Source of the DNA: Candidatus Heimdallarchaeota archaeon | GTDB taxonomy: Archaea > Asgardarchaeota > Heimdallarchaeia > Heimdallarchaeales > Heimdallarchaeaceae | Length of the DNA: 41,285 nucleotides | Direction of reading: 5' to 3' | Assembly: GCA_021399345.1 (NCBI GenBank) | Contig: JAAFKI010000073.1 | Span: forward strand, 1-41,285 | Shown: positions 10,310-19,694 of the stretch, piece after piece | Numbering within the stretch: position 1 is the first letter of the stretch | Layout: each line of letters starts with the position of its first letter | Program-made: the position numbers and the translations under genes | The notes under the pieces: model-generated | What the model saw: the letters and a program-made list of their open reading frames with translations, nothing else | Told to the model about the DNA's origin: nothing | Database searches by the model: none

Positions 10310-11179
10310 TTGAAAACTAGTAAACTAATGTGTTTGACAATAATCATTACATTCATGATAGCTCCAGCAACCAGTCATCCAGTGATACCTGTACAAGGAG
10401 ATTTTGAATTCACTGAATCATGGGACTACAAGGGGATAATTAACAGACAAAGTCACCGTATTACATATAGTCCTATTTATGGATTTGATCCAGATATGCT
10501 AAGAACATTCATCTATTGCTTAGATGACGCTAATGACAATGATACAGCCATTGATACCATTGTTGCCTTACATGGAATAAATCCACTTCGTAATGCACCA
10601 CAGCATTCTTTAATATTTGAATCGATAAGTATAGGTGCAGAATATGGATTCAATGTGAGTTCTGAAGTAGGAATGGAATGGGTTGATGTTGAATATGATT
10701 CAGATGTGATTAATGCAAGTTCAAGTTCTTATGATCCAGCAATAGAAGAAATTTATGAAGCTGTTAAGCTTAAAACAATATATTCATTACCAATATTATA
10801 TGATAATATTACTCATCCTGTAAATCTTGCCTTTCCAGTTCATATTGCTAATTTTGTCACCCAAACTGGAATAGTAGGACATTGGAGGCAAATAAATAAA
10901 GATCAGACTGTTATAAATGGTAATTTTACTACCTTTGGACCAGATAATCCAATCTTTACTGGACCTGTGAATGAGACCGATCCGACAAATTATGCTTATC
11001 CTGAAGATCAATGGTGGCCACAATTTAATGTCACAGTTGCTCAAAATGTAGAGAGAACTTCTCTTCCTCGAACACATAGTCTTCAGGTTAATTTTCCATT
11101 CACAACAATCATTGCATCTTTTGCACTTGTTCTTGTGATATTTACATTTGTTAAGAAAAACAGGAGGAAAACAAGATGA
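10310..11179 (+). CDS. Secreted, C-terminally membrane-anchored surface protein (paralog 1)
   Basis: Signal-peptide-like N-terminus, several N-x-S/T sequons, C-terminal TM helix followed by the basic tail KKNRRKTR; TTG start. Confidence 0.75.
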   Translation: MKTSKLMCLTIIITFMIAPATSHPVIPVQGDFEFTESWDYKGIINRQSHRITYSPIYGFDPDMLRTFIYCLDDANDNDTAIDTIVALHGINPLRNAPQHSLIFESISIGAEYGFNVSSEVGMEWVDVEYDSDVINASSSSYDPAIEEIYEAVKLKTIYSLPILYDNITHPVNLAFPVHIANFVTQTGIVGHWRQINKDQTVINGNFTTFGPDNPIFTGPVNETDPTNYAYPEDQWWPQFNVTVAQNVERTSLPRTHSLQVNFPFTTIIASFALVLVIFTFVKKNRRKTR

Positions 11180-11961
11180 GAAAAATAACTCTATTCATAG
11201 TAACTCTAATGGTTACCTCTTTATTCTTGCTATCATTCAATAATTCAATCAACGTTACTGCTGAAGAAACTGAAGATGAAAATTGGGATTTTACAGGTAT
11301 AATGAGAATTACTAGTGATCAAAAGAGAATTCTAGTCTTTGATCCAGTTGCACATGGATATAATGAGACATATGGTGATTTTGACACACCCTTGCTCTAT
11401 ATGGATGTCATGGGTTATGATACTGATGGTGACGGTGAAATGGACGTATACTATGGATTTTATGGCACCTCTAGTCTTTTCGATTTGACCCATATCAACT
11501 ATACAACTATGAGTAATTTATTGGTGGTGAAAGTGTTTGCAAAATGGAGTTTAAGGATACCTGAAAGTTCACCTTTGAGTTGGGAAGTTCTCTATTATCC
11601 AGATCCGTTTTACAATGCTATTGCTTATAATTTTCTTCACAAAATACCAATTTACTATGTGAATCTCACAAAAGCTGAAGGTGTTAATCTTCAGTTCAAA
11701 ATTGAACTAGGACTGAATTATACATTAGGTAATTTTACTACTTTTGGAGCTAGTAATCCAATAGTTCCATCAATGCCAACGTTTCCTGGGTATAATGTTT
11801 CTGTTCCTGTGTTTACAGCTAATTTACCTATTAGCGAACTTGTAGCGACACCTTTCTTCTCGGATCCTCTAACCTATGTGACAATTGTAACAATGTTTTT
11901 CTTCTTTGGTTATTATGTTAAGAAGAGGGGAAAAAGAACGAGTAATAAGAACAGTACTTGA
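11176..11961 (+). CDS. Secreted, C-terminally membrane-anchored surface protein (paralog 2)
   Basis: Signal peptide, DTDGDGEMD loop, C-terminal TM plus KKRGKR. Shares WDxxGI, GNFTTFGxxNPI and PxxNVxV with paralog 1. ATGA overlap. Confidence 0.75.
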   Translation: MRKITLFIVTLMVTSLFLLSFNNSINVTAEETEDENWDFTGIMRITSDQKRILVFDPVAHGYNETYGDFDTPLLYMDVMGYDTDGDGEMDVYYGFYGTSSLFDLTHINYTTMSNLLVVKVFAKWSLRIPESSPLSWEVLYYPDPFYNAIAYNFLHKIPIYYVNLTKAEGVNLQFKIELGLNYTLGNFTTFGASNPIVPSMPTFPGYNVSVPVFTANLPISELVATPFFSDPLTYVTIVTMFFFFGYYVKKRGKRTSNKNST

Positions 11962-12009
11962 TTCCCAAACCTTTTTATTTTTCTTTCTATTACATCTTAA
12001 TGTATTGAG

Positions 12010-12690
12010 ATGATTGGATTATCTTACTTTGTTTCTATATTGTTAATCTCAATTTTCAGCTTAGCAATAGCAATTTTAATTATAATGCCAAACATCTTTA
12101 GGGTTAAACAATATATTTGGTTAAGCTTGAAAATATTACTCATAGTAATTTGTGCAATTCTAGTAATCTTATTTGTAGAGACAAAAACAGACGCTTATTA
12201 CTTTCTAGGAAGCTTCTTTGGTGTTGGATTTCTGATTAAGGGGATACTGATGTCTAATCGATTAAGCTTTGTAGTTTTCCTATTAAGTTTTATGTCCTTT
12301 TCGTTTGTATTTTTGTCTATTGGTAATGTAATTATGTTTGTTTTCAGTCTCTGTTTTTCCTATCTCTTCATAATTGGCATAACTGCTTTTAGTTTATATG
12401 ATTCAAAAGCTAAAGAAACGATTATTGAAGGTAGTAAAAGATTTCAAACTATAAGTTTTATAACTTTACTTGCTTTCCCAATTATTACAGTATACATACT
12501 TTATTTCCTATCAGAGAATCAAGTGATATGGATTGAGAAAACATCATTCTTCGATTTGTTCTACAAGAACAATGATGCAATTACTTTCCTGATTATAGGA
12601 GTTATCTTTTTACTAACAGTAACATTTGTGTTCGTATTAGATTTACAAGCTCAAAATAAGAAAAGGGTAGATGAACCATGGTATTCTTAA
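12010..12690 (+). CDS. Membrane protein, NuoJ/ND6-like (divergent, with extra N-terminal helices)
   Basis: Highly hydrophobic. The helix layout and the C-terminal DLFYKNNDAITFLIIGVIFLL resemble NuoJ, and it lies directly before the NuoK-like and NuoL-like genes. Confidence 0.45.
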   Translation: MIGLSYFVSILLISIFSLAIAILIIMPNIFRVKQYIWLSLKILLIVICAILVILFVETKTDAYYFLGSFFGVGFLIKGILMSNRLSFVVFLLSFMSFSFVFLSIGNVIMFVFSLCFSYLFIIGITAFSLYDSKAKETIIEGSKRFQTISFITLLAFPIITVYILYFLSENQVIWIEKTSFFDLFYKNNDAITFLIIGVIFLLTVTFVFVLDLQAQNKKRVDEPWYS

Positions 12691-12959
12691 GTTATCTAAT
12701 TGCTCTGAGTCTCATTTGTTTCTGTTTAGGCTTGCTGCTATTAATGTTCTCAAAATCGAAACTTCAAATGAATATGAGTTTTATCTTTCTCTTTTTATCA
12801 GGTATTTTTCTTATATCTAGTTCTATTATGAGTGCAGATATTGTTTTATTCTTCTTATTAGGATTAGTTACAATTACTATAATCTTGGCTTTTCATTTCA
12901 GAGATCAGTTATTATCGAATATTCATGTAGAAGCAACAAGGAGAGAGGAAATTGAATAG
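12678..12959 (+). CDS. Small 3-TM protein, NuoK/ND4L/MrpC-like (degenerate)
   Basis: 93 aa. YLIALSLICFCLGL resembles NuoK TM1. Overlaps both neighbours and has no intramembrane Glu. Confidence 0.55.
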   Translation: MVFLSYLIALSLICFCLGLLLLMFSKSKLQMNMSFIFLFLSGIFLISSSIMSADIVLFFLLGLVTITIILAFHFRDQLLSNIHVEATRREEIE

Positions 12960-14898
12960 TATAACTGTCTTACTAATTGCTCAAGTTTCGATTTTGATTG
13001 GTTTACCTATATTTAGACGTCTATTAGTGTTTTCAGATAACGATAAGATTAGGGTAAGAAAAATTTATTCAAGCATTGTGTCTCTTTCCTTAGCTGGATT
13101 CTCTATTATTATATTTGCACTTACCATACATTATCTGAATGCAAATAATTTTTCAAACCTTACAGAGGAAATAACCTTATTTTCCATATCTGGATATAAT
13201 TTCGCTCTCGGATTTCAATTAACTCAAATCCAGGTTCTTCTGTTTGTAGGTGTTACTTCAGCTGTAGCTTTGATAAATTTCTATTTGGTATGGAGTCAGG
13301 AAAAATGGACTATTGATCAAGTAGACAGAATCTCTATTTACTCGGTGATCTCCATCCTAATTATCTTATCTCCAAACTTATTTCAATTGCTGTTTTTCTT
13401 AATTGTGGCTGATTTAGTTTTAATTGAACTGTTATACAGTTTGAATCAAGAAGAAAGTAAACAGAAGAACTTGAAAATAATGACAGCTTCGTTTGGTGTC
13501 GGAGATTCCCTGATTTCTTTAGCATTCATACTACTTTTTAGACGATCAAAAAGCTTTGATTTTGACATTATTTTGAGTGATATTCAATACAAATTTTTCA
13601 TTTTTAAACCATATTTTATTGTTCTCTGTTGTTTGTTTCTTCTAGGTATATTAGCAAAAAGTTCATTGTTCCCATTTCACAGCTGGCTACCTAATATTTG
13701 TTCTAAAGAATCTACATGGAAATTTAGCCCAATAATGATCAACATTATTCTTGGAATATCACTAATCTTTATTTCCCCAATATACAAGTTACTTGTATCA
13801 GTACCAAATTATTATGCATGGTATGGTATTATATTTTCTGTAATTGCAACACTTTTTGCTATATTTCTGGCAAAGGAATTTGAAAAACAGATTCTAGTTT
13901 TCTCTTCTTCTATAGGTTTGTTATTAATTTCAATTGGAAGCGGAAATCTGTCAAGTGCTTTTCAGCTCTTGATGATGTTGCCTTTTGCTTTTCTGGGTCT
14001 TGTGATTCTTTCATCAAAGTCTATAAACATCCACATAGATCCTCCTACTGATCAAAGAAGTAAAAAAATCTTCAGATCAATTGCTAATATTCTCATTGTA
14101 ACAATTATTATGGTCTCAATAATTTCAGTAATTCCTTTTAGCAGTAATTTACTTACTTTGGGTTATTTATTCACTTCTAGTATTGTAGATTTGAGTCTTC
14201 TTGTTTACATTTTATCCATTGGTTCAATTTTGGGCATAACTTTAATTTGTATTCAAATAAGTTGGAAATATTTCAAACAAAATCTTTTGAAGAGACTAAA
14301 ATTTTCAGAGTTGTTTCCACTTATTATAATTCTAGTTTTCTTATCAGCAAACAGTGTTCTTTATCCTTCATTTAACATTTTAAATCCATTTTCATTACCC
14401 CTTAATTTCTCCCAAGAAAGCCTTTCCATTTCTCTTATCCCAATTTTTGTAGGATGGTTTGTTATCCTCGTTTCATACATTGTTATTGAGTTATTTGCTG
14501 AAAAAATCTCAATATTTCTCAATAAATTTTCAACAAAGATTCAAGAAGAATTGAGCAAAATTTACTATTTCGAATTTATTTTCTCACCGATATATTGGGT
14601 ACATGTTAAAATCATTATTCCATCATCAGTCTGGTTTTATGAAAATGTGATCAGAGATTTTATTTACAATGTTATAATAGTCAGCATCTTCAGATTTTTC
14701 TTCTATTTAACAAACCTTGTTAAGAACTTTGTAAATAATGTTGCAGTTCCACGAACTGTAAATTTCTTTAAGAGAAGCTCTCAATTTGTTCAAAGCTTGG
14801 AAAGTGCAAAACTAAAAACACAACTACTTTACATAATCCTAGGACTTGGGATAATGTTTGCTATTACAATTGCTCTTTATGCTGGAGGTATAATCTGA
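12952..14898 (+). CDS. Antiporter-like subunit, NuoL/ND5/MrpA family (degenerate)
   Basis: AKSSLFPFHSWLP matches the NuoL KSAQxPxHxWLP motif. Also NLFQL, VGD, and a C-terminal amphipathic helix followed by a final TM. Confidence 0.8.
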   Translation: MNSITVLLIAQVSILIGLPIFRRLLVFSDNDKIRVRKIYSSIVSLSLAGFSIIIFALTIHYLNANNFSNLTEEITLFSISGYNFALGFQLTQIQVLLFVGVTSAVALINFYLVWSQEKWTIDQVDRISIYSVISILIILSPNLFQLLFFLIVADLVLIELLYSLNQEESKQKNLKIMTASFGVGDSLISLAFILLFRRSKSFDFDIILSDIQYKFFIFKPYFIVLCCLFLLGILAKSSLFPFHSWLPNICSKESTWKFSPIMINIILGISLIFISPIYKLLVSVPNYYAWYGIIFSVIATLFAIFLAKEFEKQILVFSSSIGLLLISIGSGNLSSAFQLLMMLPFAFLGLVILSSKSINIHIDPPTDQRSKKIFRSIANILIVTIIMVSIISVIPFSSNLLTLGYLFTSSIVDLSLLVYILSIGSILGITLICIQISWKYFKQNLLKRLKFSELFPLIIILVFLSANSVLYPSFNILNPFSLPLNFSQESLSISLIPIFVGWFVILVSYIVIELFAEKISIFLNKFSTKIQEELSKIYYFEFIFSPIYWVHVKIIIPSSVWFYENVIRDFIYNVIIVSIFRFFFYLTNLVKNFVNNVAVPRTVNFFKRSSQFVQSLESAKLKTQLLYIILGLGIMFAITIALYAGGII

Positions 14899-16394
14899 TG
14901 AGTTATCCTCTCTCATTCTTGTACGATTTTCTACCTCTTGAAATTCTTCTACTAGGAATCATCTTAATTATCATTTTAGGGTCACTCTCCTCTAAAATTA
15001 TCAGAAAATTCCCGTTTCTAATGACAAGGATGAGGATTGTTTATGGTTATATTGCTCTTATTTCAAGTATTATTGCAGTTATTGTGTATAGCTACTTATA
15101 CACCCCCTTAGATAGTAATTATGTAATTGCTTTTGAATTGACCATAACAGCTTTTACTTCGGGATTATTTTATGCGGTTTCATTTGCTATCATTATTGGG
15201 ATTTTCTTATCTATAGTTGAAATTGAGTTGAAATTTAGGAAAAGCTATATGCTTTTTGTCTCTTTGCTTTTGATTGAATCCAGTACCATGTTCATAACTG
15301 CTGCAAATTCATTGGTGTTCATTTTCTTTGGTTTTGTATTAATTTTTACTGGAATGAATTTCTTCATAAGAAACTTCACAACAAAAATACCCGATAAAAA
15401 GAAATCTTTCATAGGAAACTATCTAACTTTGAGTAGTTTAGCTCTATCTTTATTATTTATTGGTTTTGCAGCTCATTTTCTCTCAGGAAATTCCTTTATA
15501 TTGTCAATAGAAAATACCACTTTACGTCTCTGGGAGTTAATAAGCGAGATATTCATACTATCTGGATTATTGGTTCTAGTTGGGGGTCCTCCTTTTCACT
15601 TTATCTTTTTTGAATCGGAAAATGAGAAATTTAATGCAATCACACAGATAATGATTTCCGTTCAGAAAGGTTTGACCTTAGCTTTCTTAATTAAATATAC
15701 TTTAACAATTGCTGAATCATCATTTTCAATAGTTTTAATTTGGTTATTCACTGTTTGTGGTGTTGTCTATGTTCTTTGGGGAGTCTTAGCTTCCATGACA
15801 GTAAAAAGATTACAGAAATTAGTACACTATATCAGCATCATATTTGTGGGAATAATACTTCTGATTTTATCTGATTTATTTTCTCCCCTCCTCACTGAAG
15901 AATTTATAAATCTAACTTTAAAAACTGCATTTTACGGAGTACTGGTATTTATTCTTTCGTTAACATTTTCTATCTCCTCAATAGGTGTAATTTCAAAGGG
16001 TTTCAAATCAGATGAAATACGAATATTAAGAGAAGTTGGAAGAAATTCTATTTCTCAATTTGTTATTATGGTACTTAATGTCCTATTGATGTTTGCTGCA
16101 CCTTCATCAATACTTCTCGTCTCTCAGAAAATTGTTTTTCCCGATTACTTCTCGCCCAGAATGTATGTTACAGCTGTGATTCTTCTTTTAGGTGTTGTTT
16201 TTTCATTAGTCTATCTTATTAGGTTGTTAAGATCAATCTTCTTTATTCCAGTTCTGAGAAGTCAAGAGTTCTCTTCACCTGAACCTGCAGTGTTTATAGG
16301 CTCTTTCATAGCTCTGATTCTTATAGTTGCAGTAGTGATTTTTATCAAACAATTCTTAATTTTCTGCAGTTTGTTTGGAATAAATCTAGTTTAA
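14898..16394 (+). CDS. Antiporter-like subunit, NuoN/ND2/MrpD family (degenerate)
   Basis: GGPPFHF, YLTLSSLALSLLFIG and RLQKLVHYIS (compare KRLLAYSS); many TM helices; TGATG overlap with the previous gene. Confidence 0.7.
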   Translation: MSYPLSFLYDFLPLEILLLGIILIIILGSLSSKIIRKFPFLMTRMRIVYGYIALISSIIAVIVYSYLYTPLDSNYVIAFELTITAFTSGLFYAVSFAIIIGIFLSIVEIELKFRKSYMLFVSLLLIESSTMFITAANSLVFIFFGFVLIFTGMNFFIRNFTTKIPDKKKSFIGNYLTLSSLALSLLFIGFAAHFLSGNSFILSIENTTLRLWELISEIFILSGLLVLVGGPPFHFIFFESENEKFNAITQIMISVQKGLTLAFLIKYTLTIAESSFSIVLIWLFTVCGVVYVLWGVLASMTVKRLQKLVHYISIIFVGIILLILSDLFSPLLTEEFINLTLKTAFYGVLVFILSLTFSISSIGVISKGFKSDEIRILREVGRNSISQFVIMVLNVLLMFAAPSSILLVSQKIVFPDYFSPRMYVTAVILLLGVVFSLVYLIRLLRSIFFIPVLRSQEFSSPEPAVFIGSFIALILIVAVVIFIKQFLIFCSLFGINLV

Positions 16395-16418
16395 TTATTT
16401 CGACAATTCAATAAGTTT

Positions 16419-17423
16419 TTGAATATAGATACTCGAATCAACTTGATTAGAGTGACTTCTAACAAGCTAAATCTTCCACTTGAGGTAGATCAAATAAATT
16501 CTTACTTATCTGATTTAAGAAATCATAGCCCTTATGACGACGAAATCAATGATTTAATTGATCAAATCCTTCAGAATGGTGGTAAAAGGATTAGACCTTT
16601 AATCTGTCTTCTTTCATTTGAGATGATATCAAATGAACAGCGCAATGATACAAGTTTAGCTGCAGCTTGTTCTCTAGAAGTTATTCATAATGCATCATTG
16701 ATAATTGATGATATTTTCGATAAAGATATTTATCGAAGAAAAGAAAAATCTTTTTACTTAAAATATTCCACTTTCGCAGCACTTTCAATTTCTTATTCCC
16801 TAAGTAGTTTAGCTTTAAGTTTAGCTTCCAAAACTAACGTTATTGAGATAGTTGATGAGTTAATTAAAGCAATTCATACATTATCAACTTCATTATTTTT
16901 AGAGCAAAAATTCCGGTCTGGAAAGAATAAGATGTCTCAAGAGGAAGCGCTTCAGCTAATTGATAGGAAAACTTCAAGTTTATTTGAAGCAGCCTCTGTT
17001 ATTGGCGTTCTTCTAGGAAATAGCTCAAAAGAAGATAGAGAATCTATGAAGCTCTTTGGTAAATTATTTGGAAGGGCATTTCAATTAAAAGATGATTATT
17101 TCTCTTTGACTTCAGAGCAGAATGACTTGGGAAAATCAGGTGTTTGGACTGATATCTCGAACCGTATTCAAACCTATATAGTTCTAGAAGCAATGGATCT
17201 GGTCTCACCAAATGAAAAGGAAATTTTAAATGATTATTATATTGATAAGAAAGACTTTCCAACTGAAAAAATAAAATCAATACTTGTAAATTCTGGAGCT
17301 CTTGAAATTGTAAAGAATCTAATATCTCATTATATCACTGAAGCAATTGCGATTCTAAATATGTTTTCCAAAAGTCCTTCAAGAGATAAATTAATCGAAA
17401 TAACAAATTTTTTACGGATATAA
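16419..17423 (+). CDS. Trans-polyprenyl diphosphate synthase (probably medium/long-chain type)
   Basis: GGKRIRP, FARM DDIFD followed by RR, KT motif, AFQLKDD (SARM altered to DDYFS); Ala five residues before FARM. Confidence 0.88.
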   Translation: MNIDTRINLIRVTSNKLNLPLEVDQINSYLSDLRNHSPYDDEINDLIDQILQNGGKRIRPLICLLSFEMISNEQRNDTSLAAACSLEVIHNASLIIDDIFDKDIYRRKEKSFYLKYSTFAALSISYSLSSLALSLASKTNVIEIVDELIKAIHTLSTSLFLEQKFRSGKNKMSQEEALQLIDRKTSSLFEAASVIGVLLGNSSKEDRESMKLFGKLFGRAFQLKDDYFSLTSEQNDLGKSGVWTDISNRIQTYIVLEAMDLVSPNEKEILNDYYIDKKDFPTEKIKSILVNSGALEIVKNLISHYITEAIAILNMFSKSPSRDKLIEITNFLRI

Positions 17424-17437
17424 AAAAGAAGTAGGAA

Positions 17438-18511
17438 TCATTCACTTCTAATTCCTTGAATATATTCACTAAACCAAATATGTGCTGTATATCTATCTGT
17501 TGTAACAGGAGGAGCCTTGAACCCATAAGCGCAGATTGAACTTATTGGACCACTTCCTGCTCGATTAATAGCTACTTTTGTTGCTCTTATCACATCTACA
17601 AGGGTTCCAGCTGCATTAGGACCATCTAATGTTTCTAACCTAATATCTATTTTAACTGGCATCTCCATGAATCCTTCCCCTCGTATCCAGAAATGACCCA
17701 CGCGCCTATTTCCTAAGAATTCTAGATAGTCTGATGTCCCACTTGCAAGATTTATATCATTGCCAAAAGATTGTTTAATAGCTCTTTCTTTTACTTCACG
17801 TTTGTACTGTTTTCTATCATCATCAAGTGTATTCAACGTTTCAAGCCCACCAGCAACATCTAGTTGGTAGGTGTCCTTTATGATAACACCTTGTTCCCTT
17901 AGAACATCTAGAAATCCTTTATGAAGAACTGTTCCTCCAGCTAATGACTGTAAATCGTCTCCTAATAAACATAAATTTGCTTTTTTGAATTTTCTTGCCC
18001 AAACAGGATTGTTAGCAATACTAGTAGGTGTACAATTTATGAATGCTACTTCTGCATCAAGAGCTGCTTGAGCATATGTTTCAACAGCATTTTCTGCGCC
18101 TGAAGGAAGAGCACAAATTAGAATCTCGGCTCCTGAATCCTTTAAACTTTCAACAACATTTGTTTCAGAACCATCTGCTACTACTATTACTTCGAGTAGA
18201 TGATTCGAAAGGCCATCCTTTACAGGTCCCTTGAGTACTTCGACGTTGGTTTTTTCAACATTCACAAATTGGGGAGTACTATTGATTGGTGCAAATATAG
18301 CCTTTTCTAACTCTTTTCCAACCTTATCAGTATCAACATCAAAGGCCGCAACAATTCGAATATTTTTAGCTTCATAACTACTGATTTTCGGATAAAGAAG
18401 TTTTTTCTTTTTATCTTCAAAGATATTAAGATAATTGATACCTTGAAGTAAACCTGAAGCAATATTCCCGATACCAGCGATTGCTATTTTTATAACGTCA
18501 TTTTTCACCAT
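17438..18511 (-). CDS. Divergent inositol-3-phosphate synthase paralog
   Basis: AIAGIGNIAS, VAAFDVD, GDD, SDY, DGPNAAG and FKAPP; collinear with the upstream paralog. ATG at 18511 follows the SD GAGGTG. Confidence 0.8.
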   Translation of the reverse strand: MVKNDVIKIAIAGIGNIASGLLQGINYLNIFEDKKKKLLYPKISSYEAKNIRIVAAFDVDTDKVGKELEKAIFAPINSTPQFVNVEKTNVEVLKGPVKDGLSNHLLEVIVVADGSETNVVESLKDSGAEILICALPSGAENAVETYAQAALDAEVAFINCTPTSIANNPVWARKFKKANLCLLGDDLQSLAGGTVLHKGFLDVLREQGVIIKDTYQLDVAGGLETLNTLDDDRKQYKREVKERAIKQSFGNDINLASGTSDYLEFLGNRRVGHFWIRGEGFMEMPVKIDIRLETLDGPNAAGTLVDVIRATKVAINRAGSGPISSICAYGFKAPPVTTDRYTAHIWFSEYIQGIRSE

Positions 18512-18518
18512 TAGCACC

Positions 18519-19601
18519 TCAGTTAGTTATCTCTCCTCTTATGAATTTTTCAACGAGTTCTTTAGCTTCTGAATCTCTTATTTGTTCAGGAGGATGCTTA
18601 AAGAAGTAACTAGAAACGCCTATTAGAGGACCACCAATATTTCTATCTAAAGCAATTTTCAAAGCTCTTATTACATCAATCATAACACCAGCACTATTGG
18701 GTGAATCTTGCACACTCAATTTTAGCTGAGCTGTAATTGGTTGTTCCCCAAAGTTCTTTCCTTTTAACCAAAGATAACATATTTTTTCATCATCTAGAAA
18801 TGGAACATAATCAGAAGGACCAATTCTAGTAGGAACTTCATAAGGTAACATGCTTGTAACAGCTTCAGTTTTTGAAATTCTCTTTGTAATTAGTCTGTGT
18901 TCCTTTTTCATGTTTTCAAAATCTGTATTTCCACCAATGTTCAGTTGAAAAGTTTCATCCAGTTTTATTCCTCTATCATGAGCTAGTGAAACAAGAACAC
19001 GATGTAATATTGTTGCTCCAAGCTGAGATTTTATATCATCTCCTGCAACAGGTATATTCTTATCTGTGAATTTTTGACCCCATTCAGGTTTTGAAGCAAT
19101 AAATGCTGGAATTCCATTTGCAAAAGCTACGTTTGCATCTAATGCAGCTTGTGCATAAACTTTTGATGCCTTTTCACTTCCTACGGGAAGGAAGTTTACT
19201 AATACATCTGCATTAGTTTCTTTTAAAGTATCTACAACATTTACAGGTTGCATTTCAGAGGAATCATAACAGTGAAATGATTCCATCATATGCTGAGCAA
19301 CTCCATCATTAATAGGACCGGGTTTGACAGTTATTCCCTTGTTAGGGACATCTGAAAACTTATTACAAACATTAGGACTTTGCCAGATAGCCTCAGATAT
19401 ATCTTTTCCAATCTTCTTTGTATTAACCTCAAAAGCAGCTACTACTTCAACATCTGAGATATGATACTCACCAAACTTAACATGCATAACCCCAGGTACA
19501 AAATCGTTCTCATCAGCACTTTGGTAATATTCCAAGCCTTGTACCAGAGCTGATGCACAATTACCAAGGCCAGCAATTGCTACTTTAACTTTTTTCGACA
19601 T
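18519..19601 (-). CDS. ino1: Inositol-3-phosphate synthase (myo-inositol-1-phosphate synthase)
   Basis: GLGNCASALVQG, LPVGS, GDDIKSQLGATILHR, GGNTDF, KRISKT, DSPNSAG and FFKHPP. ATG at 19601 follows GGTGA. Confidence 0.95.
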   Translation of the reverse strand: MSKKVKVAIAGLGNCASALVQGLEYYQSADENDFVPGVMHVKFGEYHISDVEVVAAFEVNTKKIGKDISEAIWQSPNVCNKFSDVPNKGITVKPGPINDGVAQHMMESFHCYDSSEMQPVNVVDTLKETNADVLVNFLPVGSEKASKVYAQAALDANVAFANGIPAFIASKPEWGQKFTDKNIPVAGDDIKSQLGATILHRVLVSLAHDRGIKLDETFQLNIGGNTDFENMKKEHRLITKRISKTEAVTSMLPYEVPTRIGPSDYVPFLDDEKICYLWLKGKNFGEQPITAQLKLSVQDSPNSAGVMIDVIRALKIALDRNIGGPLIGVSSYFFKHPPEQIRDSEAKELVEKFIRGEITN

Positions 19602-19694
19602 GAGTTCACCTTTTTCTTCAAACACGAAAATTAATTTGAACTATTTGAGCAAAGGAACGTTATGCTTTTAAAAAGTTTTATCCTATGTGCTCTT

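Noticed and set aside
12010-16394. Calling the cluster a functional Mrp antiporter, complex I or a pseudogene set
   Set aside because: No MrpE/F/G or redox subunits are present and key charged residues appear absent, yet the frames are full-length and overlapping, so none of these labels is supported.
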